In this document: in pieces, positions 37,794-48,200 of the stretch
Layout: the number at the start of each line of letters is the position of its first letter
How positions within the stretch are numbered: the first letter of the stretch is position 1
The notes under the pieces: generated by a model
Told to the model about the DNA's origin: nothing
Databases searched by the model: none
What the model saw: the letters and a program-made list of their open reading frames with translations, nothing else
Position numbers and translations under genes: made by a program
Assembly: GCA_048882485.1 (NCBI GenBank)
Contig: JBHLRP010000002.1
Location: forward strand, 38,527-102,526
Reading direction: 5' to 3'
Source: Candidatus Thorarchaeota archaeon
GTDB taxonomy: Archaea > Asgardarchaeota > Thorarchaeia > Thorarchaeales > Thorarchaeaceae
DNA: 64,000 nucleotides

Positions 37794-40245
37794 TTTGTCA
37801 AGTTCTTGGGTCATTAAGACTCGCCAGATGAGTGAGGCAGGGAAGGAACTTATCCTTCGTGAGGCTCTAGCTACTCATCTAAGAAGCACAAGAGCTCGGC
37901 AGATATTCCATGAAATGATTCCTGACCCCCGGCTTCTGGATGAAGTCTTGGCAGCCTTTGCATCGTTCTATTTGCAGAGCTATCAAGGAGTCCGTCTGCA
38001 TACTATTGAAGATGCTCAGAATCTGAGCATTGAAGAACAGGAGAAGATTGGTGCAGAAACAAGAGTTCAGCTGGAAAATGAAGTTCGCAAACTCCTTGGA
38101 TCGAAACAACGAGAAGAAGTAGCAGTCGGGAAATTACTCAGTGAATTCGTTATACGCTTCTGTGATGAACTTGGTAGCAGAGATCCTGCTGATGATGAAA
38201 CAGTCACAAGGACCGGAGATCTCCTCAGGGAGTATTTAGGAAAGATTCCAAATGAGTTCTCACAGAATCATGATGTTGACTTCCTCAATCAGTTGACGAG
38301 ATATGATTCAAATCTGAGGGAAGAACTATATGCCAAAGCATCTGGTCTCAAAGAAACCGCAATGTCTCTACGAGAGGAGGTCCTTCGAGAACACGAAGCA
38401 GAAGTAATAGAGATTACAGTTCTGAAAGAAGGCCTAAAGCGGATATGGGGCGAGCCAAGTTATGCCAGCGCACATATCGCTGAGTCCATGAATTATCCAG
38501 CAACAATGGGCGAAATCGCAAAGGATGTGGCAAATAGATACTGCAAACCAGCTGATGAACTGGCCACCATCAAGCGTGCTCATGAGATACGTCTAAACTT
38601 TCTGACGGCAGTTGAGACGCAATTCACAAGTTCAACCACACTTGACGACTACGAGAAGCAACTTGTCGATAAGGTGTCTGAGGATGTCGCATCAGCAATT
38701 GAAGCCAATCCGGCAAAGGCTTTCGATCTACTCTCCCATCTCTTACAAATACCGTCCACGGACATCGCTGCAGCATTAAGACGCAAGGGTCTGTCAGACC
38801 CATCTGACTTGGTCAAGGGCTTCAGAATTATGGAGGAAGCAAAGATTGAGAAAACTGAAACAGAGGGTCCTGCCATCAGCGAGGTAGAGATGGATTACTT
38901 GGAACGATCGCTCAAAGCAATAGACAAGCTTGAGAATATCTTGGAGCGACCTGTAAAAGGAGCGTTAAAGGCTCAGGGTCTCAGGGCATCAGAGCTTGAT
39001 AAGTTCACAATTGAAACTCTAGCAAAGGACCGGGACTCGCTCATTGGTTTTGAGGTCACAGTTTTGGAAGCTCTTAAGCAGAAAACCAGAGTCCCTTCTC
39101 CAGAAGATGTCAAGCGACTTCTTGAGGCGCGTGAGAAGGTGAAGCAGGGTGCACTCAGCTCTATTGGGGTGTCCTCCTCCTCAGATATAGTTCGACATCG
39201 TCGCCATGGCGAAACCATTGCGGCTCTGAGGTTCGACCTGGTATGGCATCTCACATCAGGTATCCTTACAAATCTCTCGCGTGTGGTTGAAACATATATC
39301 CGCTCCAAACAGGATCTCCTGCGCATCAAGGCTCTTCTCAAGAGTATCTATGAGAGTCCCGAGACTGACCTTCAGGCGCTTCGAGAGGAAATCCTCATCG
39401 ATTTGGCTTCTCAGAGAATCTATGAACTGAAGACGGTCTATCCTGGCTTAAAAGCCCCAGAGATCACTTCATGGATGCACGCTCGGCTTTCCAACAAGGA
39501 TATGACTGCTGCGAAAGCAGCACTTGATAGCACGCCAAGTCCTGTCTTTGAAGGTGTAATCGACACCGAGCTCGTGACAGATCAGTTGGACTTTGATAAC
39601 TATGCAATTGCGTATGATATCATGCATCGGTTCCTTAGAACTGAACGCAGGAAGAAGCTTGCCAAGGAGGAATTGGCACTCGAAGCCAAGCTTGAGGAAC
39701 AGAAAGTTGCAGAGAGCATGAAAGCCTCACTTGATGTCTTGACTTGGATTTATACTAAGAGTCAGACGGTGTTTAGAGCTATTGGGAGAGTAGGTGTCAA
39801 GGGTCTTGAATGGAACACAAACGATGATTCAAAATGTGCCAATCTCCTTGCATTCTATATCCGAACTAGTAGAGGTCGGAAGTTATGTTCAGTCTGCGGC
39901 GAAACGCCACCGGATAACAAGTGTCCAACACATAAAGCAACCAACATGATTCCGAGCAATGATATTGAGAACTTGGCAATATTTGTAATGAGGTCGATAA
40001 CTGACATAAAGCAAGGTCTCATTGGTTCAGCAGCCAAACCAGTGACCCTTACAGAAGCAAGGTCGATAGTGGACAGGGAGATTAGAGCTCTGCGCAGGAA
40101 CGGTAGGATAACAGGAAAGACAAATCTGAAGCAGCTGATGCCAGGTGATATCAATTACGTTATTGGCCCTGCAATAGCTAAAGTCATTGGAAAATACTTC
40201 AATGAATCGTTGCAGTATGCGGCTAGGCGGGTGAATTTGGCCTAG
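37786..40245 (+). CDS. Large alpha-helical hypothetical protein with C-terminal CxxC...CxxH Zn finger
   Basis: 819 aa; overlaps the upstream stop, ggaggtg SD; CSVCG...KCPTH. Confidence 0.85.
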   Translation: MSDLSSSWVIKTRQMSEAGKELILREALATHLRSTRARQIFHEMIPDPRLLDEVLAAFASFYLQSYQGVRLHTIEDAQNLSIEEQEKIGAETRVQLENEVRKLLGSKQREEVAVGKLLSEFVIRFCDELGSRDPADDETVTRTGDLLREYLGKIPNEFSQNHDVDFLNQLTRYDSNLREELYAKASGLKETAMSLREEVLREHEAEVIEITVLKEGLKRIWGEPSYASAHIAESMNYPATMGEIAKDVANRYCKPADELATIKRAHEIRLNFLTAVETQFTSSTTLDDYEKQLVDKVSEDVASAIEANPAKAFDLLSHLLQIPSTDIAAALRRKGLSDPSDLVKGFRIMEEAKIEKTETEGPAISEVEMDYLERSLKAIDKLENILERPVKGALKAQGLRASELDKFTIETLAKDRDSLIGFEVTVLEALKQKTRVPSPEDVKRLLEAREKVKQGALSSIGVSSSSDIVRHRRHGETIAALRFDLVWHLTSGILTNLSRVVETYIRSKQDLLRIKALLKSIYESPETDLQALREEILIDLASQRIYELKTVYPGLKAPEITSWMHARLSNKDMTAAKAALDSTPSPVFEGVIDTELVTDQLDFDNYAIAYDIMHRFLRTERRKKLAKEELALEAKLEEQKVAESMKASLDVLTWIYTKSQTVFRAIGRVGVKGLEWNTNDDSKCANLLAFYIRTSRGRKLCSVCGETPPDNKCPTHKATNMIPSNDIENLAIFVMRSITDIKQGLIGSAAKPVTLTEARSIVDREIRALRRNGRITGKTNLKQLMPGDINYVIGPAIAKVIGKYFNESLQYAARRVNLA

Positions 40246-40565
40246 AGATGACCTGTTATATTTTCGGTTATCCATTTCAAGTAGTCCTGTGAGCCTCCCT
40301 GTATTGGGATGCTAATGAACTCCGGTACATCATACGAGTGATGGGCTCTCAGCTCATTCCATAGGCTTTCCTGAAAAGTACGTTCTGTCTTGATGAACAG
40401 GATGCTTTCTTCATCATCCACGACCTTGCCCTTCCACCGGTAGATGCTCCTTATTGAAGGGACAATGTTCACACAAGCACACACCCTCGCCTCGACGAGT
40501 CGTTTTGCCAGAGCGGTAGCGTCGCTATTTGGACAAGTAGTGATCGCCAAAATGTACTCTGTCAT
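40242..40565 (-). CDS. cutA: Divalent-cation tolerance protein CutA
   Basis: ACVNI...SIYRWKG, E....IKT, HSYDVPE, YLKWI. Confidence 0.93.
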   Translation of the reverse strand: MTEYILAITTCPNSDATALAKRLVEARVCACVNIVPSIRSIYRWKGKVVDDEESILFIKTERTFQESLWNELRAHHSYDVPEFISIPIQGGSQDYLKWITENITGHL

Positions 40566-40658
40566 AGTTTTTCGTTAGCTACACCAAGCCATAAATCATA
40601 TGCAATATCCTATCGAGCTAGAAACGAATGTTATTATCCTGAGAATTCCAGTGTATGG

Positions 40659-41132
40659 ATGGTTTGGAAGATGAACATAGGATTTTCCCGAAGAATTGCT
40701 TCCCTTTTGCTTGCTACGACTCTCTTAGCACCATATTTCATTATCGAGCAGAATCTGCTTGGTGGAGCAACATTCAGGATCGCAGCACCGCTATGGTCAC
40801 TTGTATCCTACTCAGGTGCGTCATTAATATTCGAGTTTCCCCTGGGACTCACTCTGGACTACCTTCCATTTTGGGGAATGGGTCTCATAGTATCTGGCGT
40901 TACCTTCTTCTCAATAACTAGAGAAGATTTAACCAAGGTGGGATACGCTATTGTCATGGTCATACTATTGCTAATCCAACTTGCATATTTCATTGTCATT
41001 GGCTACCTCACTACTAGTGGCCCTCCTATCTTGATAACTCCAATTCCATTAGTTGCCGTAATGGCGTTATTGCTGACACCAGCGATAATCAGATCACCAC
41101 ATTCCTCTTGGGAGGCAAGGCCCCCTGTATGA
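40659..41132 (+). CDS. Hypothetical membrane protein (about 4 TMs)
   Basis: Hydrophobic segments throughout. Confidence 0.7.
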   Translation: MVWKMNIGFSRRIASLLLATTLLAPYFIIEQNLLGGATFRIAAPLWSLVSYSGASLIFEFPLGLTLDYLPFWGMGLIVSGVTFFSITREDLTKVGYAIVMVILLLIQLAYFIVIGYLTTSGPPILITPIPLVAVMALLLTPAIIRSPHSSWEARPPV

Positions 41133-41212
41133 CATATTCATGGTATGCTTCACTTTGTAACCCCTAGTTTATATGCGAGATGCCAGCCACGCATCAATTA
41201 AGGGTGAAACTG

Positions 41213-42607
41213 TTGGGCAAAAGATTCGTTCCAAAAGGAGTAATGCCTGCATTGGTCACGCCGTTTACAAAGGATGGAGACATTCTCGAAGAAGGATTCA
41301 GACAGGTGATTGATTTCACCATAGGAAAAGGAGTGACTGGAGTCGTACCAGCTGGGACAACTGGCGAGTTCTCATATCTAAGGACAGAGGAGCGTAAGAA
41401 GCTTCTCAAGCTTGCTGTAGAGTATGTAGATGGAAGAGTCCCTGTCATTGCTGGCACCGGTCAGAATAGCACCAGAGCCACTGTAGCACTTAGCCAATAT
41501 GCGGCTGATATTGGCTGTGATGCCGCACTGATTATTTCTCCATACTATCTACGACCTGCTGACAAGGGATATTATGACCACTATGCCGAAGTTGCCAGAA
41601 AAGTAGAATTGCCCGTAGTAATGTACAATATTCCTCAATGCACACTAGGTATCCTCAACTCAAATGTTGTTGAGGATTTGGCTGAACTTGATAATATTGT
41701 TGGAATCAAAGATAGCGGTGGAAACATCGGACATACGGTTGAATTGATCCAGAAATTGAAGGGGAAGATGCCTGTATTGATTGGTCATGATGAATGCTTC
41801 CTCTCTGCTATAGCAGCTGGTGCAAGTGCTGCCATTATGGCTTCTGCGAACATAATCCCACACATCTGGCTGGAAATCATGGAGTCTGTGAAATCTGGCG
41901 ATTATGCGAATGCTGCTCAACTGCAACAGAATGCACAGACTCTGGCAAGGATAGTCACAAGGAATGGTGGTGGACCACCAGTAAAAGCAGCGCTGAAGAT
42001 GATGGGTATCAAAGCTGGTAGGAGCAGAATGCCCCTTGATACGGGCGGGACATTGACACTCGAACTCAAAGAGGAAATCCGCTTGGAACTAGAAAAGTTG
42101 GGAGTGATTGAGTCATTGACTCATCCCGCTCCTGGGCTCACCGCGATTAAGGATATTCTTCAAGAAATGGATTTGGAAATAAATGAGGCAGATACCAACT
42201 ATGGTGCGGGCTCCAACGATAAGGTCACAGTGAGCATTCTAGCTGGTTCAAAGAGAGGCTCTGTTGGTAGAGCATTTGTGACATTACTAACCACCCCGCA
42301 CGTGGGCCGAGAAGCTCTCACAGTTATTCTTGAGCCGAACTTGCCAGTGAAACCATCAAGCTTGATGTTTCCCATCAGCAAGATTGAATCTATGAGACAG
42401 GCTTCTCTCTTCTATGGACCAGTTCAGGCTGGTGCTGCACGCGCGGTTGCAGAACATCTTGAGAAGAACCTAATCCCCAAAGAGGTCCTATCGAATAATG
42501 TAATTTTGATGGCTTTGGACATAGACTTGAACACGCGTGATCGCAGAGAGATTAGAGCTGCTACTGAAAATGCAGTAAGTGCCGCTCTAAGTCAGATGTG
42601 GAGTTGA
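41213..42607 (+). CDS. DapA-family class I aldolase fused to a degenerate Fae domain (copy 1)
   Basis: ALVTPF, GTTGEF, PYY, YNIP, GIKDS; C-terminal PNL.VKP, FYGPVQAGAARAV, IP; TTG 41213 preferred. Confidence 0.88.
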   Translation: MGKRFVPKGVMPALVTPFTKDGDILEEGFRQVIDFTIGKGVTGVVPAGTTGEFSYLRTEERKKLLKLAVEYVDGRVPVIAGTGQNSTRATVALSQYAADIGCDAALIISPYYLRPADKGYYDHYAEVARKVELPVVMYNIPQCTLGILNSNVVEDLAELDNIVGIKDSGGNIGHTVELIQKLKGKMPVLIGHDECFLSAIAAGASAAIMASANIIPHIWLEIMESVKSGDYANAAQLQQNAQTLARIVTRNGGGPPVKAALKMMGIKAGRSRMPLDTGGTLTLELKEEIRLELEKLGVIESLTHPAPGLTAIKDILQEMDLEINEADTNYGAGSNDKVTVSILAGSKRGSVGRAFVTLLTTPHVGREALTVILEPNLPVKPSSLMFPISKIESMRQASLFYGPVQAGAARAVAEHLEKNLIPKEVLSNNVILMALDIDLNTRDRREIRAATENAVSAALSQMWS

Positions 42608-44091
42608 TGAAAATGGCGAGTCATACCTATCGATTCAAAGGTGTCTATCCTGCTCTGGTTACTCCGTTTGATGAACATGGTGTCAATGAGAAACAGTATC
42701 GACGCCTGATTGATTATACAATTGGAAAGGGTGCTACTGGATTGGTTCCATGCGGTACAACTGGCGAGTTCACCAGCATGCGATTCGAGGAGAAGGTGAA
42801 TGCTATTCGAATAGCCTGCGAAGCTGCTGCTGGACGAGTGCCAGTAGTGGCAGGTACTGGAGCCGCATATACAAATGATGTGATTAAGTTGACAAGAAGG
42901 GCTGCAGAATTTGGAGCCTCCGCAGCTCTTGTCGTAACTCCATACTTCCTCAAACCATCTACAAAGGAGGTCTATGAGCACTTCGAGAAGATAGCGAATT
43001 CATCAGAAATACCAATCATCGTGTATAACATTCCTCAGGTAACCGGGGTCATGCTTGATTGGTGGGTGATTGACGGATTGCGAGAGATTGAGAACATAAT
43101 TGGCTTGAAAGATTCAAGTGGCAATCTCGTGCATTTGACCACAGTTCTTGTTCGCAAACCGGATGAGTTTCAGGTTATGGTTGGGCACGATGAGGTAGCT
43201 CTTCCTGCACTTGCTTCGGGATGTGATGGTGCAATTCTGGCCAGCGCAAACATCTTTCCGGATCGCTACCTAAAGATGCAAGCTGCTCTCGCCACAGGTG
43301 ACCTCAAGGAGGCTCTGATAATTCAAAGAAGCATTCAGAAGACAGTCCGGATTTTTGTCAATCGAGGTGGAGGTCTAGCCATCAAGGCGGGACTAAACAT
43401 GATGGGCATTCCTGTGGGATCGGCTCGTCGCCCTCTACAGGAAAGTGATTCTTTGAGATACGAAGACATTGATGAACTCAGGACTTGTTTGGAAGACCTT
43501 CAATTGATTGAGCGCGGACTTGTGACCTTTAAAATGGGTGAAAGAGAGCTTCTGGCTGAAAGCTATCCAAAGGCGGTGGGACTAGTACCGAATGTTGTAG
43601 AAGATTTGACATTACTACATGGCGAGGCATTGGCAGGAGAAGGGCAAGAGGTGGCACACGTCGACCTAGTTATGGGAGTTAGAGACGGACCGCTTGGTGC
43701 TGCGTTGAAGAATGCTGGAAAGATTGTCGAAGGCGTTCATTCATCAAACATCATCAAGGACCTAGAACCGCTTACTGTGTTTGCACCAACTGTGACTATA
43801 ACGAGTGAGAAGCAGAAGAAGATGGTCATGGAAGTCGCGCAGAGAGCTGTAGCCGATGCTGTTAGACGCACAGTTACAGATGGAGTAATCCCTGAGGAAC
43901 TCATTCCAGACCTTGTTATCGCAGTTAATACATTTGTGCATCCAAATGCTGTTAATCCAAAGAGAGTACACATAAACAACTTCCGAGCTGTTCGCTTTGC
44001 GATTCGAAGAGCAGTTGAGGGGCGACAAACTGTGGAGGAGATTATTCAGCGAAAGGAGTCTGCACGCCATCCATTTGCATATAATCCATGA
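42607..44091 (+). CDS. DapA-family class I aldolase fused to a Fae domain (copy 2)
   Basis: GTTGEF, PYF, YNIP, GLKDS; GEALAGEG.EVAHVDL..G..DGP, AQRAVADAV, FVHP.A, N..A...AI.RA, ARHPF; TGATG overlap with copy 1. Confidence 0.92.
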   Translation: MKMASHTYRFKGVYPALVTPFDEHGVNEKQYRRLIDYTIGKGATGLVPCGTTGEFTSMRFEEKVNAIRIACEAAAGRVPVVAGTGAAYTNDVIKLTRRAAEFGASAALVVTPYFLKPSTKEVYEHFEKIANSSEIPIIVYNIPQVTGVMLDWWVIDGLREIENIIGLKDSSGNLVHLTTVLVRKPDEFQVMVGHDEVALPALASGCDGAILASANIFPDRYLKMQAALATGDLKEALIIQRSIQKTVRIFVNRGGGLAIKAGLNMMGIPVGSARRPLQESDSLRYEDIDELRTCLEDLQLIERGLVTFKMGERELLAESYPKAVGLVPNVVEDLTLLHGEALAGEGQEVAHVDLVMGVRDGPLGAALKNAGKIVEGVHSSNIIKDLEPLTVFAPTVTITSEKQKKMVMEVAQRAVADAVRRTVTDGVIPEELIPDLVIAVNTFVHPNAVNPKRVHINNFRAVRFAIRRAVEGRQTVEEIIQRKESARHPFAYNP

Positions 44092-44194
44092 AATCTATGG
44101 ATTGGTTTTCGGCAAAGGAGTTAATAATGGGTTATCCCCTGAAGGTTGCACCGTTCCATCCCCTAGAATTCACTACACATGAAACAATGGCGGA

Positions 44195-44374
44195 ATGCAA
44201 ATGGAGAAGGATTACTCCGAAGACCTGCAGAGAATCCTGCGCGACATGGACAATCCAAACCTATACACACTGATCAAAGAGGATGAAGAGATTGTTGTTG
44301 AGGTCGAATCAAGGTTCATAGCTATTTCTCGACGCAACGGAAATCTCTACACAAAGCTTCTATCATCAGAATAG
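44195..44374 (+). CDS. Small ORF (57-59 aa, MEKDYSEDLQRILRDM...KLLSSE), below the ORF-track cutoff
   Basis: Translated by hand; protein-like composition. Confidence 0.45.
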   Translation: MQMEKDYSEDLQRILRDMDNPNLYTLIKEDEEIVVEVESRFIAISRRNGNLYTKLLSSE

Positions 44375-44638
44375 GGCCTGAAGCAAGCATGATAATCAGA
44401 TTGGCCGAATGTTAAGTTTGTGCAGTTTTGGGTATTACTTCTGTAGAAACTACTCCTATTGTCGAAGTTGCATTTCATTGCCCCTTCAAGAAATGGCTTC
44501 TAGCTTAAGTTTTGGAGGGTTCTACAGGATTAAAGATGCAAATCTCGGTTATATACTTGATTTCCTAGGATAGGAGTAAGTCTTGCATCCCTATCAGGCT
44601 GCCGCGACCACCACATCCATCCGTCGGAGTTCCAAAAA

Positions 44639-44812
44639 ATGGCTGAGACCTGCGTAATAAACATCCGCGATCTACCAGGACGGAAATTGCGAAAAAGGGT
44701 CCGTGTATTTTTGCAAGGGGAAACAGTATCGGTTGAAGATGTAGAGGGACAATCTTACGGAGTTACACTTCAGCGAAATAAGCTATTGATCAGTCCTGTG
44801 ACGGGGAATTAG
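44639..44812 (+). CDS. Small ORF (57 aa, MAETCVINIRDLPG...ISPVTGN), below the ORF-track cutoff
   Basis: Translated by hand; ggag upstream, beta-rich pattern, ttatatac at about 44550. Confidence 0.45.
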   Translation: MAETCVINIRDLPGRKLRKRVRVFLQGETVSVEDVEGQSYGVTLQRNKLLISPVTGN

Positions 44813-45217
44813 AATCAGCCGATACTTGGTCTCAGCCTACACTTCTTCACTTCTAGTGAGTGGCAGATCTCAGCATGCTCTTGGGTCGTCATCGCGATAG
44901 CTCAGACAGGGGTAACCGCCTCATTGACCTGCTAAATCTAAGTGTAGCCGCTCCTACCCTGATATGTCCTGTGCAAAAAATACGGAATTCATCCAAAGCA
45001 TAAAGATTTCAGAATATAAACGGTATCCGAATAGTCCTCATAATACTAGGGTGAACGAGCATCCTACCTCACAACTATCGCAAAAAAGAAGCCAAATCTT
45101 AAAACCTCATTTATATTGTCAAACTATTAGCGATTCCACAGGTAGGAATGGAGATAGAACAATGCAGACGTACTGCATATCTTACATTCTTCTAGACGAG
45201 TATGTAAGGTTCGATGG

Positions 45218-48200
45218 ATGATGAAAAAGGAAAGCAGCGAGAATCTACCAGGAAGAGAGCGCGTTGAAAAGATAGGCTCTAACTGGACAGAAATGATTAA
45301 GCTTCACAAACAGGCGGCAGAGTCCTATTTAGACCAGAAAAAGGTGAGGGAAGCCGCAGGAGCACACAAAAAGCTTGGATATGCTTATGCGCAGTTTGCA
45401 GAAACAGTTGATACTTCAGGTGAATATATAGACCAGACCAGAAGTGCTATTGATGCCTTCAGAAAAGCTGCGACTCTCTATAAACAGATAGGCAACAGGC
45501 AGGAGGAGTTGGAATGCATTGGAGAAGTCTTCTTCTTCAGCGGGTCTGTAGCAGGGTCCAATATGGAGCTTAAGAAGGCGTTTAGTAAATCTCGTGAGCA
45601 CTTTATTGAATCAAACGAACTCTTTACCAAGGAGAATGATCAAAAGGGTCGAGCGCGGACTTTGAGTCGTGCTGCATTGGTTTCATTCTACCTAATTCTT
45701 CAATCTAACGACAAACAAGAGGCTCAACGGATTTCTCAGGAAGGCATAGCCATTGCAGGAGAATCTTGGGAGCTTTCAAAGGATGTTGGAAATGTTCAAT
45801 CTCTTGCTGAATCATTGTATGCTGCATTTTCTCTATGTGTGGCTCATATGTTTGTTGCACCTTATAGAGGGGATGAGAATTGGAAGGAATACAACAAGAA
45901 ACTCCTATGGAAGTGTGATGAGAGTATAAAGGCTATCGAGGATTGTGACAATCCTCTTTTCATTAGTATGGTTCACCTTGCGGCCGGTACCCTATACACC
46001 TTCTTTGGATTTAATTTCATTAAGCATGATAGAGAACAGAGAGAATACACTGAGAAGGGTTTTCAGTTATTGGAGAAGGCTCTAATCTTCGCAAAGAGAG
46101 CAAATAATAAAATCTTGATATTAACTTCGCTATGGTGGTTGAACTGGAATGCTCTTAATACAGCAAGATACGAGCACATCCAGAAACGAATTTTCGAAGA
46201 CATCTGGCTTATGGAAGAGGCCGGAAGAATATTTGCAGAATCATACTCTTTTTGGTTTCATGCTGGAAAAGTCATGCCAGGTTACTGTTATGCAAACTTG
46301 CTTCGGATGAGTTATTACACTACTGCTCAGAGGAAGGCTTTTGCTGAGAAAGGAATCGAATATACAATGGAGTCCATGAAGAAGGGAACCCCCGGACCAA
46401 CAGATGTTTGGCTATATTCGTCATTAACATGGTCACATTCACTACTAGCTACTTTCGCTGATACGAAAGATAAGCGGAATCAACACGCCCAGAAAATGCT
46501 TCAATACGCTCGAAGGGCTGAAGAAATCTGTGAGGAATTTGATGGAGATTGGACTCGAGCTGCTGGGTATTCTTCCACTTACGGAGCCTACAAGACTCTC
46601 GCAGACATTGCAGAAAGTGAGAAAGAAAGAATCAAGCATCTATCAGCTGCAATAGATGCCGCTAGAAAGTATAATCAACATCCAGTGGAAAGCCGTACCG
46701 GCATCGTAGCATCCCAAATTCGGCTAGGGCTTCTCTACCAAGAGCTTGGTATTTTGGCGACAAAGATCGAACCGCTTAGAAAGGCAAAAGAAACTTTTCT
46801 AAGTGTAATCAAGGAGAGTCGTGATAGGGGATATCATTTCTATGAGGCTGCGGGTCACGAATATGCTGCACATATAGAAGATCGACTTGGCAATCATATT
46901 GCTTCCGCTGAACACTACGAAAAGGCTCAGGAGGCTCACACAGAGTCGTTGAGAACCATTGACTTCAAACCTATGAAAGAGAGGGTAGAGGAGAAAGCAA
47001 ACTATGCTTGTGCATGGAACATGATTGAGAAGGCTAAAGCCTTTCACAGGATGTCAAATTACCAAAAAGCTAAGGAAAACTATGAGAATGCATGTGAAAT
47101 TCTGAAAGAACTACCGAGCTTTGATTATGAAGCATATTACTACTCTGCTTGGGCTATGCAGGAAGACGCAGAACAACTCAGTAGGCAGGAAGAACATGAG
47201 GATGCTTTGGAAAGATATGAAGCAACCAGAAAGAGCTTCGATAGCGCGATAAAATCACTGGAAGAAACCTCCACTTCTTTGAAAAAGAGATATGAGAAAG
47301 AAAGAATCGAGAAACTCAAAAAAGTAGCCAAGGTGAGAATGAACTACTGTTCCGGTAGAGCAGATATCGAAAGAGCAAGAATCCTAGGAAAGCAGGGTGA
47401 ACACCTAGCAGCTGCAGAGAGATTTGCTTCAGCGGCTTCTGAGTTCAAGGATGTTCTAACTCGATTCAGGATTAAAACGGAACGAATGGAGTTGGAGGCT
47501 GTATACAACCTCTGCAGAGCTTGGGAAAGTATGGAGCTTGCAGAGAACTACGATGACGCAGACAGGTTCGCAGAAGCAGCAAGCCTATTCACCGAAGCCA
47601 GCAAGCTCTTCACCGATACCAAGCTGAAGTTGTTAGCCAAAGGTAACTCAGCTTTTTGTAAGGCTTTAAAAAACGGGTGTGAATTTGACGAGTCAACAGA
47701 AACAGATGTCAAAGCATCACTCTATCCAAAAATCAAGACGACGCTTAGAAAGGCAGCGTCTGCCTATCGGAAAGGTGGTTACGATGGCGGAGCCGATTGG
47801 GCTCTTGCAACATCTTCCTATTTCGACGCGACATGGCACCTAATCAAAACGGACGAAGAGTTGGATATTGACAAAAGGAAGAAACTCCTCAAAATCGCGA
47901 CTAAGTATCTGAAATCAGCAGCTGAGCTTTTCAGTAAATCAGGTCACAAACACAAGGAGAGGGAGATACTAGGACGCTTAGACATGGTCGAAAAGGAAGA
48001 GCGTATTCTAGTTTCAGCCTTAGGCACGATAACAGAGCCATCTATCTCTAGAAGCACATTAGGCATTGTCGCCCCTTCATGTCCTACAGAAACCAGCTCC
48101 TCTCCAAGAATAGGGGAAGTTCGTCAGTTCACTGAAAGAGCATCACAGGTCAGAATAGAAACGAGTCAGAGAAAATACGAACTCATTTACGAGAACCTAC

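Noticed and set aside
41213-44091. Annotating the pair as dapA (lysine biosynthesis)
   Set aside because: The ASA-binding Arg is absent, both carry Fae fusions, and no dapB/asd/lysC is nearby; gene symbol withheld
44892-44960. tRNA-like tagctcag...gg motif
   Set aside because: No T-arm GTTC motif, acceptor stem or cloverleaf
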